A stretch of DNA of 64,000 nucleotides from the NCBI GenBank assembly GCA_016839765.1, contig JAEOTP010000043.1, positions 32,001 through 96,000 on the forward strand. The letters run 5' to 3'. Both the position numbers and the translations under genes were made by a program. Origin of the DNA: Promethearchaeota archaeon (GTDB taxonomy: Archaea; Asgardarchaeota; Lokiarchaeia; Sigyniarchaeales; SOKP01). How positions within the stretch are numbered: position 1 is the first letter of the stretch; every line of letters starts with the position of its first letter. This document shows positions 61,958 through 64,000 of the stretch, in pieces. The notes beneath the pieces were generated by a model. The model was not told where the DNA came from. It did not search any database and was given only the letters and a program-made list of their open reading frames with translations.

Positions 61958-62254
61958 TTAATTAAGATCAAATAATTTTTCAGCTTCTTTTTCTCTGAGG
62001 CCAGAGATACCCCATAACTCCTTAAACCAGTATTTTCCTTTATGAATAACTACAGGAGTATTGACAATACATCCATCAGCATCACAGAACGTTGTAAGAA
62101 AGTTGTCATCGTGTAGAAGTTCATGTACAAATTCCTCGTCATTAATGTCCCTTTCAACATATTTAGCATTACGTTGATCTAACCATTCCTTTAACTCATG
62201 GCAGCGTGAACAACCTTCTTTCGTAATCAAAATAGGTATTTTCATTTCAGCCAT
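61958..62254 (-). CDS. Glutaredoxin-like protein
   Basis: GCSRC, NTPVVI; additional FCDADGC. Confidence 0.8.
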   Translation of the reverse strand: MAEMKIPILITKEGCSRCHELKEWLDQRNAKYVERDINDEEFVHELLHDDNFLTTFCDADGCIVNTPVVIHKGKYWFKELWGISGLREKEAEKLFDLN

Positions 62255-62388
62255 AATCTTTTACCTTCTTAATATGAATATCATTTGATATTACTAAGAT
62301 ATCATTTAGAAATAAAAAAGGTTTATATTCTAATTTATTAATTGGAAATACAAGAATATGATAATAGAATACGAATTATGTGGAATTA

Positions 62389-63465
62389 TTATATTAATTG
62401 CTGTAATATCCATCTTAAAGCTTCAACGACTTTTTCATCTTCAGTTAAAACATTAATAGCGAAATATTTGACTAACATACCACACTCTGCTAATTCATCT
62501 AAATCAAAATTCTTATAGATAAAATTAGGATCCACTTTCTCTTTATTATAAAATTTATTTCCAATAATTACAATTGGCATGTATTCCCCTTTATCTAGGC
62601 ATCTATTTAACACTAATTGAAATATATCAATAGCGTCTTTTAAAGAATCTTCATTTGAAGCATTAAAAATAAGTATAAAGCCTTGGGCGTTATCCATACA
62701 TTCATCATAGAGTTTAGCATATTCTCCTTTACTTTCATCCTCAATACATTCGTAGGTTAAAATTTCTATATTTTCAATGATAAAATCGTAGATCTTACTG
62801 ATCATATCTCTTTTTTTATCATTGTCTTTATACTGTAAAAATTGTATGACTTCTAAATTCTTTAGCAATGTTGTTTTACCTGACTTAGGAGGTCCAAATA
62901 TGTATAGCTTTTTTAATTCTCCCTTTGCAATAATTGGTGTTGGCACAGCTATTTCTGGGGATATTATCTGATAATATTTATAAAAAATTTCTAAAAATTG
63001 ATTTTGAAATTCCTCTGAACCCAAACTCAGTAAATCCTGCTGGCTTTTTCGATTTTTCTCAGTATGAAGAATTTCAGTCAATTCTTTTAAATTACTTATT
63101 TCTTTTGCAAAATTTTCTAGTTCTGGTATTTTTGATTCTAAATATCTATATACATCTGTAATTTCATCCTTAAAATAGGCTGCTCTTATCATATATGTAA
63201 TCATTAAAAGATCCTTACCACCTCTAGCGAATTCTGAATCAATATAAAAAATATTATTGATTGTTTGGTATTTACGATAAGAAAAAATAAAACTACCTTC
63301 ATGTTCTTGAAATTCAAGGATTCTTCCTAAATCAGGATGCTCTTTAGTATCGATAGGTGAACTACAATAAAAATTGGATGGTCCAATTATTGAATCAAAA
63401 TATGATAAACACAAAATTGATTCGCTTGAAACATTTAGTGAAGAGGGAATGGACTTACTTGACAT
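62389..63465 (-). CDS. Longin/uDENN-like domain fused to a degenerate Ras-superfamily small GTPase
   Basis: N-terminal LSYFDSIIGP; C-terminal GPPKSGKTT, AQGFILIFNAS, PIVIIGNK. Confidence 0.75.
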   Translation of the reverse strand: MSSKSIPSSLNVSSESILCLSYFDSIIGPSNFYCSSPIDTKEHPDLGRILEFQEHEGSFIFSYRKYQTINNIFYIDSEFARGGKDLLMITYMIRAAYFKDEITDVYRYLESKIPELENFAKEISNLKELTEILHTEKNRKSQQDLLSLGSEEFQNQFLEIFYKYYQIISPEIAVPTPIIAKGELKKLYIFGPPKSGKTTLLKNLEVIQFLQYKDNDKKRDMISKIYDFIIENIEILTYECIEDESKGEYAKLYDECMDNAQGFILIFNASNEDSLKDAIDIFQLVLNRCLDKGEYMPIVIIGNKFYNKEKVDPNFIYKNFDLDELAECGMLVKYFAINVLTEDEKVVEALRWILQQLI

Positions 63466-63598
63466 TATTCTAGAAAATGATAGTGCATCAGTCTAAATTA
63501 TATAAAAGACATGGTCAATTTTATATCAAACGATTTTAGTTAAAAAAAATCTAAAATTTTATAAAACAAACTCAAATAATAATGATTCTTAATCATTC

Positions 63599-64000
63599 TC
63601 AATGGGCTTGCTGAAATAGAAATTCAGCTCTTTCCAATATTAATTGGTTAATTGATGGTATAAAGCTGTTGATTAACTTTTCGTCATATATAAGAGCGGA
63701 ACCACGATTAAACATTAAAATTACGCCAAAAGCACCTTCGTTATCTTTTTTGAAATACATATTAGAACTGAAGCCTGGAGTTGCCCCACCATGCCCTTTA
63801 AAATTTTCTGAGTAAAGGAACCATCCTAATCCATAGCCTTCCCAATTAAAACCTTCCACTGAAGTTCCAGTAAGTGATACATGATTAGAGTGTATTAATT
63901 CAACACTTTCAGGATTTAATAATTGAGTTCCATTATATTCACCTTGATTCATATAAGAAATCAAATATTTTGCCATATCTGGTATTGTACTTCTTAAACA
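63599..64000 (-). CDS. Serine hydrolase / beta-lactamase family, C-terminal part (begins beyond the window)
   Basis: GYGLGW, GHGGATPGF; frame stays open to the window edge. Confidence 0.8.
   Translation of the reverse strand, partial: CLRSTIPDMAKYLISYMNQGEYNGTQLLNPESVELIHSNHVSLTGTSVEGFNWEGYGLGWFLYSENFKGHGGATPGFSSNMYFKKDNEGAFGVILMFNRGSALIYDEKLINSFIPSINQLILERAEFLFQQAH

Noticed and set aside
43160-62254. Selenocysteine (in-frame TGA) recoding in the redox genes
   Set aside because: All redox ORFs appear full length with Cys at the active sites, and no SECIS-like element was recognised
1886-63161. Many short ORFs antisense to or nested in long genes (e.g. 2246-2470, 17568-17996, 38757-39146, 51183-51563)
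   Set aside because: Shadow ORFs of well-supported genes, with no motifs

Overview
AT-rich archaeal chromosomal window, most consistent with an Asgard archaeon (Lokiarchaeia-like). This is inferred from archaeal information genes (dnaG, gar1-tfb, eS26, trmY, arcS-raSEA, rnz) together with eukaryotic-signature-type proteins (two Roadblock-like proteins, a longin/uDENN-small GTPase fusion, a SNAP/TPR-like protein). Also present are CobN plus ChlI/D chelatase, two ABC systems, the ACS/CODH gamma subunit, a corrinoid protein, and a ~19 kb sulfur-trafficking and oxidative-stress cluster (tusA-dsrE-iscS-iscU, CoA-disulfide reductase-rhodanese, rubrerythrin, SOR, FprA, rubredoxin, NROR, divergent CooS, Isf, glutaredoxin). 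Most notable: (1) dnaG, missed by the ORF track, is interrupted in its conserved GAIFGQ|TEGLL motif by a 37-nt frame-breaking insert whose junctions fold into a relaxed bulge-helix-bulge, a candidate endonuclease-spliced mRNA intron; (2) a tandem Lrp/AsnC regulator with half of a TATA-binding protein inserted in its middle; (3) three intergenic multibranch structured ncRNA candidates; (4) core genes (eS26, TFB) lacking ATG/GTG/TTG starts; (5) a repeated GAACATGTTC operator around a CooS with altered C-cluster ligands. All calls come from reading motifs by eye; no searches were run.
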